NCBI GenBank assembly: GCA_028534125.1
Contig: CM052820.1
Coordinates: 29,946,001-30,010,000 of the forward strand
DNA length: 64,000 nt
DNA from: Lama glama
Lineage: Eukaryota
Reading direction: 5' to 3'
The position numbers were made by a program, and so were the translations under genes. The notes beneath the pieces were generated by a model that had not been told where the DNA came from, searched no databases, and saw only the letters and a list, made by a program, of their open reading frames with translations. Below, one piece after another: positions 1 through 12,829 of this stretch. Within the stretch, counting starts at the first letter, position 1. Every line of letters starts with the position of its first letter.

Positions 1-989
1 GCTTCGTAATGAGAACTGACATTCTAGTGTGTAGTACAAAAGACACTTCCCTCCTGGAACCATGAAAAGTACTTTAATCAGCCAAAAAGTTGTTACTGTT
101 AAAAAAGGGGGGGAGGTGGGGGACAAAATAAGCCCCTCATTTGTTGTTTCTCCGCCACTGCTGTGCCTGGCTCCTTGTGGCGGTCCAAGCCCCTGCGGTA
201 TCATCTATGCCTTCCTCATTAATGCCACTTGCTCATTGCTAATGCTAGAAAGCCCAGCTGATTAGCAGGAAACCCTGAGCTGAAGGTTGCCTGAGTTTCA
301 AGTTACTTGTGTACACAATTCACACTCCATGTGTTAGGAGTCCCCTCTTCTCCTCAAATCACTCAGTGAGCCTGGAAAGTGGGAAATCGCCTTTGAATCT
401 TCTCTGGCTTCTCACTGGCCGGTCAAACCCCAGGGTGCCTGTGGAATATTTGATTAGTTGTAAACTCAAAACAACCACCACAAAGAAAGATAAAAGGTTA
501 AAACCACAAGCAAGGCACCCTAGAGTGAAAAGCCGGAAAGACTGGAAAAGGTAAGCTGAGAAAATACTCAGACCCCTCTAGCAGAAGCTGAAGATAAAAC
601 GAGGCATGTTTCATGCCCAAGGCAGAAAATTAAAAATTGAGCAGGTTCCATTCCATTCTGAGAGGTGTATTGTAGGTGAGGTCTCCTCCATACCCTACAC
701 CCAGCCCCTGTCATCCTCTCTGGAGTCTAGTCTTACCTGCTGGCATGCTGTGTTTTCTTTTGTACCTTAACTTCTAGCTAAGATAAATACTCTGCTACCA
801 TATGTGTGGTTACCAATGTCTTTCACAAGCAATATTTTCAAGATAATAATCATAAATAACCTTAGTAAGGCATCAGATCCCGAAGGCTTTGGGTATGCAC
901 CTGTGGGTACATATGCAGACCCCTCCATCAAGTGGCCAAATGCATCCCTGAATACAATTTCTAAATCTAAAAGTTGGAACATGACCAAG

Positions 990-1240
990 GTGATGCTACA
1001 TCCCTGAAGGCATCCTGCATCAATTTACTGATCCATGTGGAGTACAAAGACCTGGCGCCCTTGCCTTATGTGAGACATCTCTGGAAAATCCATTCCAGCC
1101 CCAGAGTGCCCTATAAAAAATGGTAGAAAAATGCTGCGACAGCATTGCAGTTCAACATTTCCCTCTGCTCAATCCTGTTTTATTTACTCCCTCAACAATG
1201 TTGATCCTGAGACTATTCCCTCAAAAATCTTATTGCAGTT
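990..1240 (+). mobile_element. ERVL LTR16A-like solo LTR fragment
   Basis: GGAGTACAAAGACCTGGCGCCCTTGCC...CCATTCCAGCCCCAGAG...GCATTGCAGTTCAACATTTCCCTCTGCTCAATCCTG...GTTGATCCTGAG follows the recalled LTR16A 3' half. Confidence 0.7.
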
Positions 1241-3484
1241 AAAAAAAAATTTTTTTAAGGTACAATAGAATGAAGGGGTCTTGAATTACAACTTCTTACC
1301 CAGTCACCATAGAGATCCCCCTTGTGATATCCTTAAGAGAGAATCCAGTGGACTTCTGCTGAAACTTCCCAGTGTTTGGGGTCCTGCATTCCCACCCAGG
1401 AGTTAAGAGGAGGTGGTGCCACATTGGAGAGGCCAATCTCTGACACCAGGGTAGCCATGGAACCTGGTAATGTGATGAACTGTGGGCCAGAAAAAGAGAA
1501 CAGCTTCTTGGGAGGGGCAAAAGGATGGTATGTAAGGGTATTAAAATGTGATAGTCCAGTAAATATGAGTGTCCAAAAGCTAGCAGAAAAATAAAAACAT
1601 CAAATGGTACCCTGGCATCCTCTTCCTTACAATGATGAGCTAATAGAGGAATATAGTGGGCCATCCTGCCAAGAGTGGTATAGAAACAACACAGGGAATT
1701 TATGATAAAAGGCCAAGGAAATGGGCAAGAAAAAAGGAGCTAAAAATACAAGGACACTACAGAGAGAACCGTTAAGCAAGCATCATGCCCCTGGCTTATC
1801 TCCTTTACACACTGAGATCCCAGAGACTTCCAACAGAGCTCAGCACAGTGAAGACTGACACACAGAGAGTTTCACTTGTCACATCTAGCAAGGCAGGGAG
1901 AAGTGAAGGAGAGCCTCTGAAATACGGAGTCAGCCAGTTTCTAGTAGTCAATCAGGATGCTAATTTTTGCAGTTATTATCTGCAGACACAATCATCAGAC
2001 TTCATGATGATGGTCTAAACTCCCTTGGGCAATGCCAAGATGAAGCCTAAGGGAGCTGGTGATGAGTTGGTGTAGCTCTTCTTTTGGTGAGAGAACCTCC
2101 ATACAGTAGTTTCTACTGACATCAGAGTATGTATGGATTGTTAAACTCCAAAAAGGGGACAGGCAGTTTGCATACGGGTGTCATATGTACAGGACAACAG
2201 GGAAGGCTGAGAGCCGTGGACCTCTCCTAGGCTTTACCTGGCAAAAACATTTTCAAATACTTCACTGGCTAAACTATTATGTTTGTGGCTGAATTTGACT
2301 CCCAGGCTGCCAATTTGCAACCCCCATTCAAAAAGATGAAGACCTTCCCAGATTATCTTAAGCAATCACCTGCTGCTACCATTGCTCAAACTCACAATTG
2401 AATTGGTCATCTCACAATTAGGTTTATGTTTATTCCATCTCAAAGAATAGCCTCCCACAGACCCTTTTCTGTGTCTTTGCTGCCAACTTCCTTATCACCA
2501 TTTCTAGCTAATTAAAGTAAGTTAATGTAACTGCCAAAATGGAGGGGGAAGAAATTGATGAAGTGGAAAAAGAAAAATGTTGAATAACATTAAGCAGAGA
2601 AAGTGAAGGGCAGGGTGAAGACCTCTAAGATCGTTCAGACAGATGTAATTTCCCATCTCTTTATTTAGAATCAGACCTCGGCATCTAAAGTTGGCTTCCT
2701 CCTTCTTAAAGAAATGGAAGACATGAACGTCCATTGAATACCTGGACTGTGCCAAGCAAACGCCAGGTATCTTACCTAGAGGGAACCAGAAGAAACTAGG
2801 GTGTGGATGGGACTATAATCTACATTTTACCTGTGGGCCATGCAGGCTCTGATTCTCAGGCCATGTAATCAGCAGCTGCCCAGCTGATTTTCATTATTTT
2901 ACAAGTTATTACGCCCACGAAAGCAGGAATGCAGGAACAGTCTATACAGTCAATGTTTGTAACAAATAATAATACAGAACAAAACTAACACAACGTAAAA
3001 GCTGAAACTGTGAGAACATGAGTGAGAAATTTATTTCTATTCCCAAAGCTTCTAAGCAAGGGTTTGTTTGACTGATGCTGTTCGCCGTTCAGTTCTCTGA
3101 GGCTGTGATCAAAGGGCCGTCCAGGCACTGAGAGGAGATGGAAGCGGGAGGAAAGGCAACAAACTCAAAATCTAAGCCAAATGGAGCCACTTCCAGTGGG
3201 ACCACCCACGCCTCACACTGGAAACAAAGTGGAGGATTTTTTTTTAAAGCAGAAGGACCTTCCAGATTGCTTCCCATTCATTTTACAGACAAAGGCACTG
3301 AGGTCTGCAGTGGTCACAGGACGAGGCCAGGTTTACATGCCAGCTACTGCTCCAGAGGCAGAAGACACTGATCTAAGGCATAGCTTCCGCTTCAGACTCC
3401 AATTTGTTACATAATTTTGCCTCATTCCTGAGATTATTTGGGCCTCGGCCTCTCTCTTATTTTAAAACACCCCTTCAAATCCAA

Positions 3485-3615
3485 TTGATTTATTTCACAA
3501 AGACGTACTGAGCACCTAATGTATACCCAGCTCTCTTCTAGGTGCTGGAGATAAAGTAGAGAAGGGTCGGTGGAGAACAAGGCAGAAAAACAAGGACTTT
3601 GTGTTCCAGAAGGAA
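3485..3615 (-). mobile_element. L2 LINE 3' end fragment
   Basis: TTTATTTCACAAAGACGTACTGAGCACCTAATGTATACCCAGCTCTCTTCTAGGTGCTGGAGATA is the reverse complement of the L2 3' terminus. Confidence 0.7.
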
Positions 3616-4459
3616 GACGTTTGGCAGCATTAGTTGGCCAAGAATATCAAATTTATTAATAACCTTACGTTGAAGTCAAGTTTTCCATGTAACTTTAATC
3701 ATTGTACTTCTTTACATAGGAGTTCTTACATAAGAAGAACTCAGGCTTTCTTTATAAACTAGATCCAGACTTAGGATTTCTAACATGTAGCAGTATTATT
3801 GTTTTCACAGTAGTAAAAATAATTATGCTAAAGCAGGTCACTGTCACTGCTTGCACCCACCCCGTGACTTCTGAACATCAGCCTACATTAGAATCTAGCA
3901 ATGTCTGGAACCCATCACTGATGGGAAGGGTATTAGAGACAGACTGGTTAAAAAGGGAAAAGAAAAGAAAAATGGAGAGAAACAGCTAGGAAGGAGTAAC
4001 GTAATACAAATAAAAAGAGAGAAGATGGAGCTAGCGAGTGAAACAGAGTGCAGGTGTGTGTGGGTAATAGGACCAATGGAGAGCCATGACCAGGCCGAGG
4101 GACTTGAGGCAGCCAGGGTGCTAAGCTGAAGGAGGTCACTCTCAGTGTCTTCCAAGTGCCTAGACACCTTGCTTTCCCTTCCCAGTCCCAGCACGGATGC
4201 TCAGTGCCCCTTAGTAACCACATCAGTGTCAGTGGTACCCAACACGGGCCTGTATATGTGCAAAACCATCTTTAGTTTATCCTCCCTGGATGTAGGGGCA
4301 GAAGGCCTGCTGAGATTCCAGCTCTTTCTACCTCTTGTCCCACCCCCTTCCTGAAGCTGCTCTCTCATTCCAGGCTACACTGAACTCTCCCTCTTCTCTG
4401 TTCAGGGCAGTTGAGCTGTTGAGCACTTGCTAATTGTGTCATGGGTTTAACTTCTGTAT

Positions 4460-4575
4460 CTCCCACTGGTGTATGAGCAATTTGAGGACGGGCACCATGT
4501 CTAATAGTCCACAAGGCCAGGAAAAGTGACGGGCACACAGTAGGTTCTAATTAAGTGACTAAATGAATAATTGAT
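4460..4575 (+). mobile_element. L2 LINE 3' end fragment
   Basis: TGTATGAGCAATTTGAGGACGGGCACCATGTC...GGCACACAGTAGGTTCTAATTAAGTGACTAAATGAAT, a typical L2 tail. Confidence 0.6.
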
Positions 4576-6686
4576 TGGTTGGTTAGCTGCAATGCTGCTG
4601 CTCAGCTGTAGTGCTAGAAAGAGATAATGACCTTAGGCTCATAATTCACGGCTACGCAAGTCACACCTCATCCCCTGAAGTACAAAAAGTTGTCACTGTC
4701 CCGTTTCCCTTAAGCAACCACATTGTCACACACAACAGGTGTTGTGAGAAGAGAGCAGAGGGTGATATTAAGGAAGTGCCAGAGGCCACAGTGGACGACA
4801 ACAGAAAAAGACAAGCAGAATATAAAGCAACTCTCTTTGGAAAAAAAAGATTTGAGAAAACTAAGAAAATATTATCCTTACTTCAATAAGAGAACGCTCA
4901 ATTGCCATCCATCTCCACCTCTTGGGTTGTGGGGGTTCTACTGTGTGTGCAGCTGAAATTCAAAAGAAAATCTACCTCTGCCATCCAAAGCCTTCTCTTG
5001 CTCTAGCAAAGATAGCGGGAAGCCTTTGCTCTACGGGTGTATCCCACGAGAGCCTTGGCATCTGCAGTCAGACGCTGTCTTTTTGCACTCTGCCCACCTC
5101 CACCCAGAGAGGAAGACAGGCAAAGCCTACCACGGGTGACCTTTCCATGTTTCTCATCATCCCAGACATGCCTCTGGTTTCCTCCCTGGCCCTCCAAGCT
5201 TACAATCTGTTTCCTTCTGTGGTGAAGTTGGGCAAGTTTTGCTGCTTGGGGTGGAGAGCCGTGAATCATGAGTGAGAGGCTCTGAGAACATGGAGTCTCT
5301 CTGCTTCACCCACAACAAGTCCCAGCAGCCTAGTGGGATCCAGCTCTGACCCCACAGAGCTCTTTACCCATGACTAGTGCCTTCAGGAATGTGTCTGTGG
5401 GAAGCAAGAAAAGTTTCAAGTACAGTGGAACAGAGTCATTGATTTTTTTCTTTTCTTTCTATGCCGGATTGCAAGAGAGCCCCAAAAATTAGTCGGCTCC
5501 AAAATTAAGTTGGCACAGAGAGAGACCTGAGTCCAACTGCTGAGCCATTTCAATCTGTTTTGGATCTGATTTGCTCAGGGTGTGGAAAGGAACAAGGCTC
5601 CCAGTGGAAATATCATGTAGCTATGGCCTAGAAGTATTTTTTTAATAGGTGAAATTTAGAAAGAATTTGAATATTTTATGTTGGGGAGGTAGATTGTTGA
5701 GTGAAATGATTGGGGAAAGGAAACATTCGGTTCAAGTGATTCCAAAGGACACTTAACTGATCTAAATATTTGTCAAGCTGACTCACTACATTCACTCTCA
5801 CCTGCCTGAAATCAATACGTTCAAGTCAAACACGGTCGTCTGCATCTGAGTGTGCAGAAAGAACTTAAACCTGAACTGGAGGCTGGGAAGGGGAGAGAAG
5901 CACTGGACAAGGGGCCTGGACAGGGAAGTTTTCCCACTAAGTGAGAGGCCTAAAACAAGCTGTTAACCCCCCTGGAGTCAGCTTTTAAATTCTGTGATCT
6001 GATGGCAAGCTTCAGGTTCTCCAGATGTCATGAATAACAGTTAAATACTGAGGACAGTGTATGTATTTTTTCTGAAAAAAATGTAAGAACATATCTGTTA
6101 GAATAAATGCTTCCTCTTTCTGCTTTAGCCTTCAATTCTCAGATGCAGATGTACTGATTTGCACAGAAGGCATGGACAAGGCTGAGCACACCGTTTTCCT
6201 CACTTTTTAAGGAGTTCCCTTCAGACCTGTGTCAAGGCCTTTTCATTCTGAGTCATTCGAGTTCTATTCCAAAAACAAAACAAAATAGAGCCCTTTGATT
6301 TAACATTGTTTTTCACCAGCTAGATGCCTGCAAGTGGGGAGCCGTCTGGCGCTTAAAGTGTCCCTGATGTTTGCCACCTTCTGAGGTGGGTTCTTAGAGG
6401 CATCAGCACCTCGTCAGGCTGAGTGAGACATGGAGTTAGGAGCTGGCCGAGAGAGGGGAAGGCAGGGAGGACGGGGGTCTTGCAGCTCCCATAGGCCACA
6501 GGTGTGCACCCCAGGGTCAATCCCTGCCGCTCTTCAGTCGCTGCCTCTGTGTGACCAAGGACATGCTGGATCGTGTGCTTGTAAGCAGATGGAAACGCAC
6601 TTCTGGGCCTCACACAGGCTCTTTATGCTCTCCTCTGGAAAGCGAAAGTAGCTGGGAGCAGTGACCACTTTTGATGTTAACCTTAA

Positions 6687-7228
6687 TGTGGCAGAGGGAT
6701 TGCAAAAATGCCCCCAGGCCTTTCCCTCTCCCTGTAGCCACACCTTTGCAATGTGACTTTGCATTTCTTCCCACCAATACATGGAGCTAATTTCCCCACC
6801 CTTTAAATCTGGGCTGGCTTTATGACTTACTTTGACCAACAGAATGTGGGGTAAGTGACAGTGTGCCCGTTCCAAGCCTCAGCCCCAAGAGGTGTTGGGC
6901 TCGTCGGCTTTCTCTTGAGCTCTGTGATGACATGAACAGGCTGGGACTGCTGAACGAACGAGATGCAAATGCCAGTCCCACTGTCACCCTTGCTGACAGC
7001 CAAACCACTGCCAGACTTCTGAGAAAGTGAGGCCCCCGTAGACCAAGCAGCCCATAGCCAACCTGCCAGCTGACCAGATACATGAGTGCGCCAAACTAAG
7101 ATCAATCAAAACTGGCCTTGGTCAGCAGAACTGCCCAGCTGACCTGTAGACTTGTGAGCGATAATAAATGCTGGTTAAGTCACTAAGTCTTGGGGTGACT
7201 TGTTACACAGCAGTAGTCAACTGATATG
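6687..7228 (+). mobile_element. MaLR solo LTR, MLT1F/G/H class
   Basis: Starts TGTGGCAGA; contains TTTGCAATGTGACTTTGC and TGACTTACTTTGACCAACAGAATGTGG; ends AATAAA...TTGTTACACAGCAGTAGTCAACTGATA; flanked by near-identical 5-mers CTTAA/CTTAC (probable TSD). Confidence 0.85.
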
Positions 7229-7284
7229 CTTACTCATTTAAGGGAAATGACAGGGTGGTGTAACACTATCTTTCAGGAATTCAC

Positions 7285-8525
7285 ATACTCATTTATTCTA
7301 CAGATGTTGATTGAACTCTTACAGTAATCAGGTATCATTCCAAGCTCTGAGGATAAAAGCCCCTGCTCTCTGCTCTTTTAGAGTTTGCATTCCAATGGGT
7401 GAAGACAAACTACGAATACATAAGTGAGAAAATAAAAATATCAGTAGTAAGCAACATACAGACCATTTGAGTAACTGTGTGGCTACCTTAGGTTTATGGC
7501 CAGGTAAGTCTCACTGTAGAAACATTTAGACTGAGATCTGAATGTTGGCATTTAGCAAGCTACATGAAATTGAGGGAAAAGCACTCCAAGCAGAGGGAAG
7601 AGCAAGTGCAAAAGCCCTGAGGCTGGAATATGGGGCGTGCCAGGAACAGAGCGAAGACTGTGTATCTCCTGCACAGTGGGAAAGGGAAGAGGGTGAGTGG
7701 GGGCAAAGAACAGAGCATGTGGGGCTTTTAAGCCAGGAAAAAGAATTTGGACTTAATGCTAAATGCACTAAGCAAGCTCTCACCATTTTTTTAAATCAAG
7801 GGAGAGTAACATAATCTGATTAATGTTTAAATGAATCCCTTTGGCTGATGGGAGTAGAGTGGTTATTAAGGGGCAAAAGTGGAAGAAGGGAATCAGTTAA
7901 GAAGCTCTTGCAATAATTTAGCCTGAGCCAGGGTTATAATAATGGAGATTAAGAGAAGTATGTTTTAGAGGAAGAAGTGACAGGACTGGGATGAATTGGA
8001 TGTGGGAGATAAAGGAGAGAGAGGAATCAAGGGTAACGCCTAGTTCTTTGTTCAGTAATTGGATGAGCTGAAATGCAAGAGGCTGGGGAGGGCAGGCTTG
8101 AGGGCTTGGGACAGGGGAGAGGCCAGGTATGTGAGCGCCATGTGGGCCTGGAGTCCGGGGAGAGGTCAGCACTGGAGGAGTAGGTTGGGGGTCACTGGCA
8201 TGAATAAAAGTCTTGGGTTGCAGGAGGTCACCTGAAGACAGTGATTAGAAGAGACAGGAGCCCGGGACAGAGACCTGGAACATGTCAACATTTACGGGTT
8301 GAGCAGTTGAGAAGAAGCCAGCAAAGGAGACTGAGAAGAAGCCAGCAAAGGAGACTGAGAAGGAAGAGCCAGTAAAGGAAGGGGCAAATGAGAAGGTACA
8401 CACAGTTTCGCCAAAACCAAGAGGGTACGATGGGCAAGAAGAGACTGTGGTCCATTGCACTGAATGCTTCTGACTGATTTGAAGGACAGGAACCTTCCTG
8501 CAATCTTGAATGTGGCAAACCTTCA
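7285..8525 (-). mobile_element. L2 LINE, long 3' fragment
   Basis: Begins with TCATTTATTC...TTGAACTCTTAC (L2 tail, reverse complement), then purine-rich L2 ORF2 antisense motifs such as CCAAGCAGAGGGAAGAGCAAGTGCAAAAGCCCTGAGG, GGAATCAAGGGTAAC and GCCAGCAAAGGAGACTGAGAAGG. Confidence 0.85.
8308..8362. repeat. Perfect 24-bp tandem duplication (2.3 copies) inside L2
   Basis: TGAGAAGAAGCCAGCAAAGGAGAC x2 plus TGAGAAG, no mismatches. Confidence 0.95.
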
Positions 8526-8764
8526 AATGCCTTTTACCCTTTGCAGGGCAATAACACATCCCACAACATGGAATGGATTGTAAAATTAGTTTCTGGTCTC
8601 TGTCTCTATAGGCTTCTACCACTGGATAGCTGGGATTACTTAATACCAACTGCCCCCACCACTCTTAATCCCTGACCTCTTACATTCAGTTATTCCCCAA
8701 ACTCCACCACTCTCCACAGCCTGGAAATACAAAGACCCATCAGGTTAGTCAATACAGATTCTCT

Positions 8765-8860
8765 GGAAACTATAAGCTTCATGAGAATGAAGCTGGTGTC
8801 CATCTTGTTCACACTGTATCCCGGTCCCTAGCACAGTTCTCATCCAGAAATGAATTCAAA
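8765..8860 (+). mobile_element. L2 3' end fragment
   Basis: TATAAGCTTCATGAGAATG...TCTTGTTCACACTGTATCCCGGTCCCTAGCACAGT. Confidence 0.6.
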
Positions 8861-10158
8861 CACCCTGTTTGATCTCCTACCACCAGTGCTGCACTCGGAT
8901 TCTCCTGGTAACCATGCCGCCCCCACCTCATCCCCCTGGGGACAGATAGAAGGCTTTTTTCAACAACCCCCAAACTGAGGTTTCTAAAGTTCGGGGTCCT
9001 ATCTTGCCCTTCAGTCTTTACAGGGTAGGATACGCTGCTGCTGAGGCTAATTCCCCCAGTACCACTGCTGACTTCTCTGATGTGGATTTCTCACTGGCTG
9101 GTGGGACTTTCTCGGGAGCCTGCCCATCCTCATAGCTGGGACAAGTCATACCCTTAACCATGTTTAAGGGTCTCATCTCCCAGGACCTTGCCTTTAAGAT
9201 TTTGTAAGTGTTTATTGTTGTGGAATTTTTCAGCTGCTTTGTATTCAGTTCACACACAGGCAAGGTCTGTATGGCGGGATGCTAGGATAAGTCTGTGTCA
9301 GCTTGACCCAAAATGTTGTCTGTGTCTAAAAGTCAAGGTTGGAATACCTGGCATTGATATCTGGGAATGTCCACATGACAATTTGACCCCTTAAAGGGTA
9401 TTACTTTTTGCCTCCAACTCCGACCTTGATGCTTATGTATGACTTAGTATTCAAGTCTACACTTCCAGCAGGTCATTTGGACCCTCTCTCAAAGGAGGGC
9501 ATTCAGTAATCATTCCAACTGAACCTAGAACAATTTATCTGCTAATCCCAGGGCAATTCTGGTTCATGGGACAGTCAGGTGTTAGGAGGCAGAGCACGGG
9601 AAAGTTAATCTCTTGTGACCTGAGCAAAAGGCCATCCTTTTTCACCTTTAAAATAATTTCACCTTTAATCATGAGGATTTTTTTCACTTTTTAAAGGCTT
9701 TAGTAATTATTTTGGGCTTAATCCTATAACTATTCTGCTACCACCTTCTACTGTAAGGAGCTCATATTTGTTTGGCCCGTGAAAGGAAATGATCACAGAA
9801 GCAAAATCAGATTTTAGCTGAAGTCAAGACACATATTAAATCTGATGCTTCACAGCTGAATACAGGCCCCTCCACCTCCAATAGGCTTCGGCTGGCCATG
9901 TGCAGACACTTAATAAATGCTTTTGATGAAGGTCCCTCTGTCTTAAAAGGAAATTAGATTGTTCTGACAATATCTCCTCATCACTAAACTGTAGGTTATT
10001 ATCCAGCAGCCTGTGATCCTCTCGGTGTTTGCAAATTGATTGTTTAATGTTTTGCATTCCGCTCTGTCCACATTTCCAGGGTCAGCAGCCACATCTACAA
10101 TTCCCAGTGTAGGTGATGTGTTTGTCCTTTGCTGGTCTTTGGGCATTTCACTGAATAA

Positions 10159-10171
10159 ACACACACACACA

Positions 10172-10202
<31 letters not shown>
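10159..10202. repeat. (CA)n microsatellite, one TA interruption
   Basis: Directly visible. Confidence 0.95.
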
Positions 10203-10447
10203 TTTTTGTTTCAGAACAATTTCCCAAGCCCTTCCTTTATTCACTTCTTAGTAGTTACTGAGGACCAAACACACATGAACTAGCACCGGGCTAATGACTG
10301 GGGATACACTGTAGGCAAGATGGTGTAGATTCATGTCCTTGTGGAGCTTAAAATCTAGTGATTGTAATTTTAGATCATAGATAAGACTGTAGATAAAATA
10401 AACAGGTACTATGATGGAGAATAAATGGGAAGGCCTCTGAACAGGAA

Positions 10448-10516
10448 ATTTTTTTAAAATTCCGGTATTAGTGGTTGAACTCAGGATCTCGTGCAAGCTA
10501 AGCCTATACCCTCCCC
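10448..10516 (-). mobile_element. Camelid tRNA-derived SINE (Vic-1-like), internally deleted
   Basis: GGTATTAGTGGTTGAACTCAGGATCTCGTGCAAGCTAAGC-CTATACCCTCCCC matches the recalled camelid SINE reverse complement (...GGATTGAACCCAGGACCTCGTGCATGCTAAGC...GAGCTATACCCTCCCC); T-rich tail; flanking direct repeat CTGAACAGGAAATTTT / CTGAATAGGAGAATTTT. Confidence 0.75.
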
Positions 10517-10690
10517 GCTGAATAGGAGAATTTTAAGCTGAGATTTAGAGAATAAAAGGGGAGGGGGAGCCTTAAAATGTAGATGGAAGGAAGTGATGAA
10601 TACAAAGGTCCCAGGGTGAGAGTTTCATTTGGTCCAGGACCTAATAATGGAGGGCAAAGGGGAGTGGACTTCGGGAAAAGGGTGTCAGGT

Positions 10691-10817
10691 AGGATGAACA
10701 TAAATCACAGTTTGCCAAGAAAGGTCCTGGTTTAGAACTTTGTCTCTGTGGTGATAACATCTCCTTTCTCTCTCAAAAGTGTCCTGGTTTTGCATGATAA
10801 ATTACATGGTCACCCTA
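10691..10817. mobile_element. MER94-like hAT-Blackjack MITE
   Basis: Degenerate terminal inverted repeats AGGATGAACATA...CATGGTCACCCT; internal CTCTCAAAAGTGTCCTGGTTTTGCATGATAAATTA. Confidence 0.75.
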
Positions 10818-11114
10818 CCTAAACACATGTCAAAGAGTTTTATGATATATAAGATGGGCAATCATTGAAGGGTATTAAGCAGAGGTATGATACAAATGGA
10901 TTTATGTTTCCAGATTGTCCCACCTATGGTCTGAAGGGGGCCAGGTGGGGAAGTGAACTATAGTAAGGCTATGACAGTGGCCCAGAGAAAAATGGATGGT
11001 CAACAGAGCATCACATTTAGGAAATATCTTATGTTAACACCATTCTTTCTCTCTTCCACCTTCCCTCTTTCCAAGCCCCCAGTTCTGCTTCCAGTAGATT
11101 AGACACAGCAGAGC

Positions 11115-11510
11115 TCTGTGGAGAGCCCCCACCCATTTAGGACTGAGTCACTGGCTCCCCCAGCAGCCAAAAGTGTTAGCTACTGGTGGCTGACAGCCAA
11201 GTCCCTCCCCAGGAACTGCTGAAGGAAGCTGCCTTGCTCTAAGATGAATCCCTGCCCTGGGGGCTGCACAGATCTAATTAATTGGTCAATATAGGGGTAC
11301 AAAAGTCCCACCCCCTTGCCTCAATTCAGGACATCTCTGAAGGGTCATCCCAGCTCTAAGCCTCTGTTGCAGCTCCATCACAGTTCAATTTCTACTCCAC
11401 CCCATCCTGCATTCCCCCACAAAGACTGTTCCCCAGAGAACTCCCCTAAAATCACCTACATGCAGATATCCACTGCAGGGTCTGTTGCCTGGGGAATCTG
11501 GCCTACAATT
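11115..11510 (+). mobile_element. ERVL LTR16A-like solo LTR
   Basis: GGGGTACAAAAGTCCCACCCCCTTGCCTCAATTCAGGACATCTCTGAAGGGTCATCCCAGCTC...GAGAACTCCCCTAAAATCACC...GGGAATCTGGCCTACA. Confidence 0.8.
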
Positions 11511-11589
11511 CCAGTGTTGGCATAACTTTCCATTAAAATGCGTCTTCAGTGTTATCTATCCTGGCATCTCCACATCTAATCAAGAGGTA

Positions 11590-11930
11590 GAGCTTCCCCC
11601 ATGCTTTTCTGTTGGGCTTATGAAGGATCTTTTCCTATTGTCTTTTATGTCCTTTGTAAATTGAATCACCTAGTTTGTTTTGACCTGAATAATTTTATCC
11701 ATAAATGGTTGTATTGGTTCATTAGTTGTAGTGGTTCTCTGTAAGCTGGCACCCCTCCCAATTTTCATTACATTCCAAGTGGTTATTTCAGATCTTGTGA
11801 AATAGCAGCTTTTCTTTAAATATCTTGATTTTTGATTACTTGAATTTAGTTTCTTATTTTGGTACTTGAATGATTTCCTTAGAGAATGTAAAGATGTCAT
11901 AAATTCCTTTCTTCTTTCTTTTATTCATGA
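11590..11930 (-). mobile_element. L3/CR1 LINE ORF2 remnant (between endonuclease and RT domains)
   Basis: Minus-strand translations ENWEGCQLTENHY and FMDKIIQVKTN*VIQFTKDIKDNRKRSF resemble the CR1 ORF2 motifs KKWKEGQITKEEY and CRDKIRKAKAQxELxLAKDIKDNKKxFF, with stops and frameshifts. Confidence 0.55.
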
Positions 11931-12829
11931 GATTATTCCTAGTATTTCTATATAGTAATTTGAAATTTATTAAAATAAATTACAATGGGACCCCATTCTT
12001 TATAGCTCATTATCACCAAGAATGCAATATCATGGATTAAATCATGCTACTCCAAAACATAACTACAACCAGCAAAAGATGGATGCTGGGTCATTAAGAG
12101 TATAATAGGAGAGAGAGTTGATAATCTTTGCAAAGTAGCACATCAAGTCCTCACTCCCTCACAGGTATAAGAGGGATACATGTGCGTGGAGGTGAAAGGG
12201 GGTGGGGACCCAGCAGGGGGAGGAGGATGTGCATATGCTTTGAGCACTGGGGCTGGCCTATGCATGCTGGTGAAGCCTGTTGACTGATTTCCAGTCACCA
12301 AGCCACATGAAGTCTCCCCGCCCTTGCCTCTGCTCACAGCAAAGGGCATGTGGAAAAGAGGGTCTACATAGACTTGCATACTTCAATTCTCCCCATCCAT
12401 TCATTCATTCATTCAGCAAATAATCCTGAGCACCTATGACGGTGCTACGCCTGGCCAGGGCTGTACTAGGCAGAGAGTTGAGCATCTCAAAAAACCATTC
12501 ATGTCCCCTCCACCCACCCACCCCTCCACCACCACCAGTCATTTTATCTTATGCCTCTTGGTCTTGACTCCTCAAACAGGATAATAAAAATATTCCACTT
12601 CTTTCTTTTGTTTTTAGTAACTTTCCTTTCATTACAGTTTAAAACTTCTTCTATTTCAAATCAACTGCCCTGAGCATATTATTGTGAAAAGTTTAATCTT
12701 TCAATTAATTTTTCTAGTGATAGAAAGACTAAACATTGTTTTCAATACTTTTTAATAACTTGCTTTGATTCTTATTTCTAAAACATTGGCTATATTATGC
12801 CCTTATCACCTCCAGTTTGTGTCATAGTG

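Larger units (their letters stand above)
10250..10990 (-). mobile_element. L2 LINE fragment, interrupted by a SINE and MER94
   Basis: TACTGAGG...CTGGGGATACA, TGTCCTTGTGGAGCTTAAAATCTAG, TTTTAAGCTGAGATTTAG, CATTGAAGGGTATTAAGCAGAGG. Confidence 0.65.

Noticed and set aside
4611-4889. 92-aa charged ORF
   Set aside because: GTG start directly after an L2 tail, no splice context, no homologue recalled.
9018-9263. 81-aa protein-looking minus-strand ORF, possible processed pseudogene
   Set aside because: No recognisable family, upstream in-frame stops, no poly-A/TSD and no convincing splice pair.
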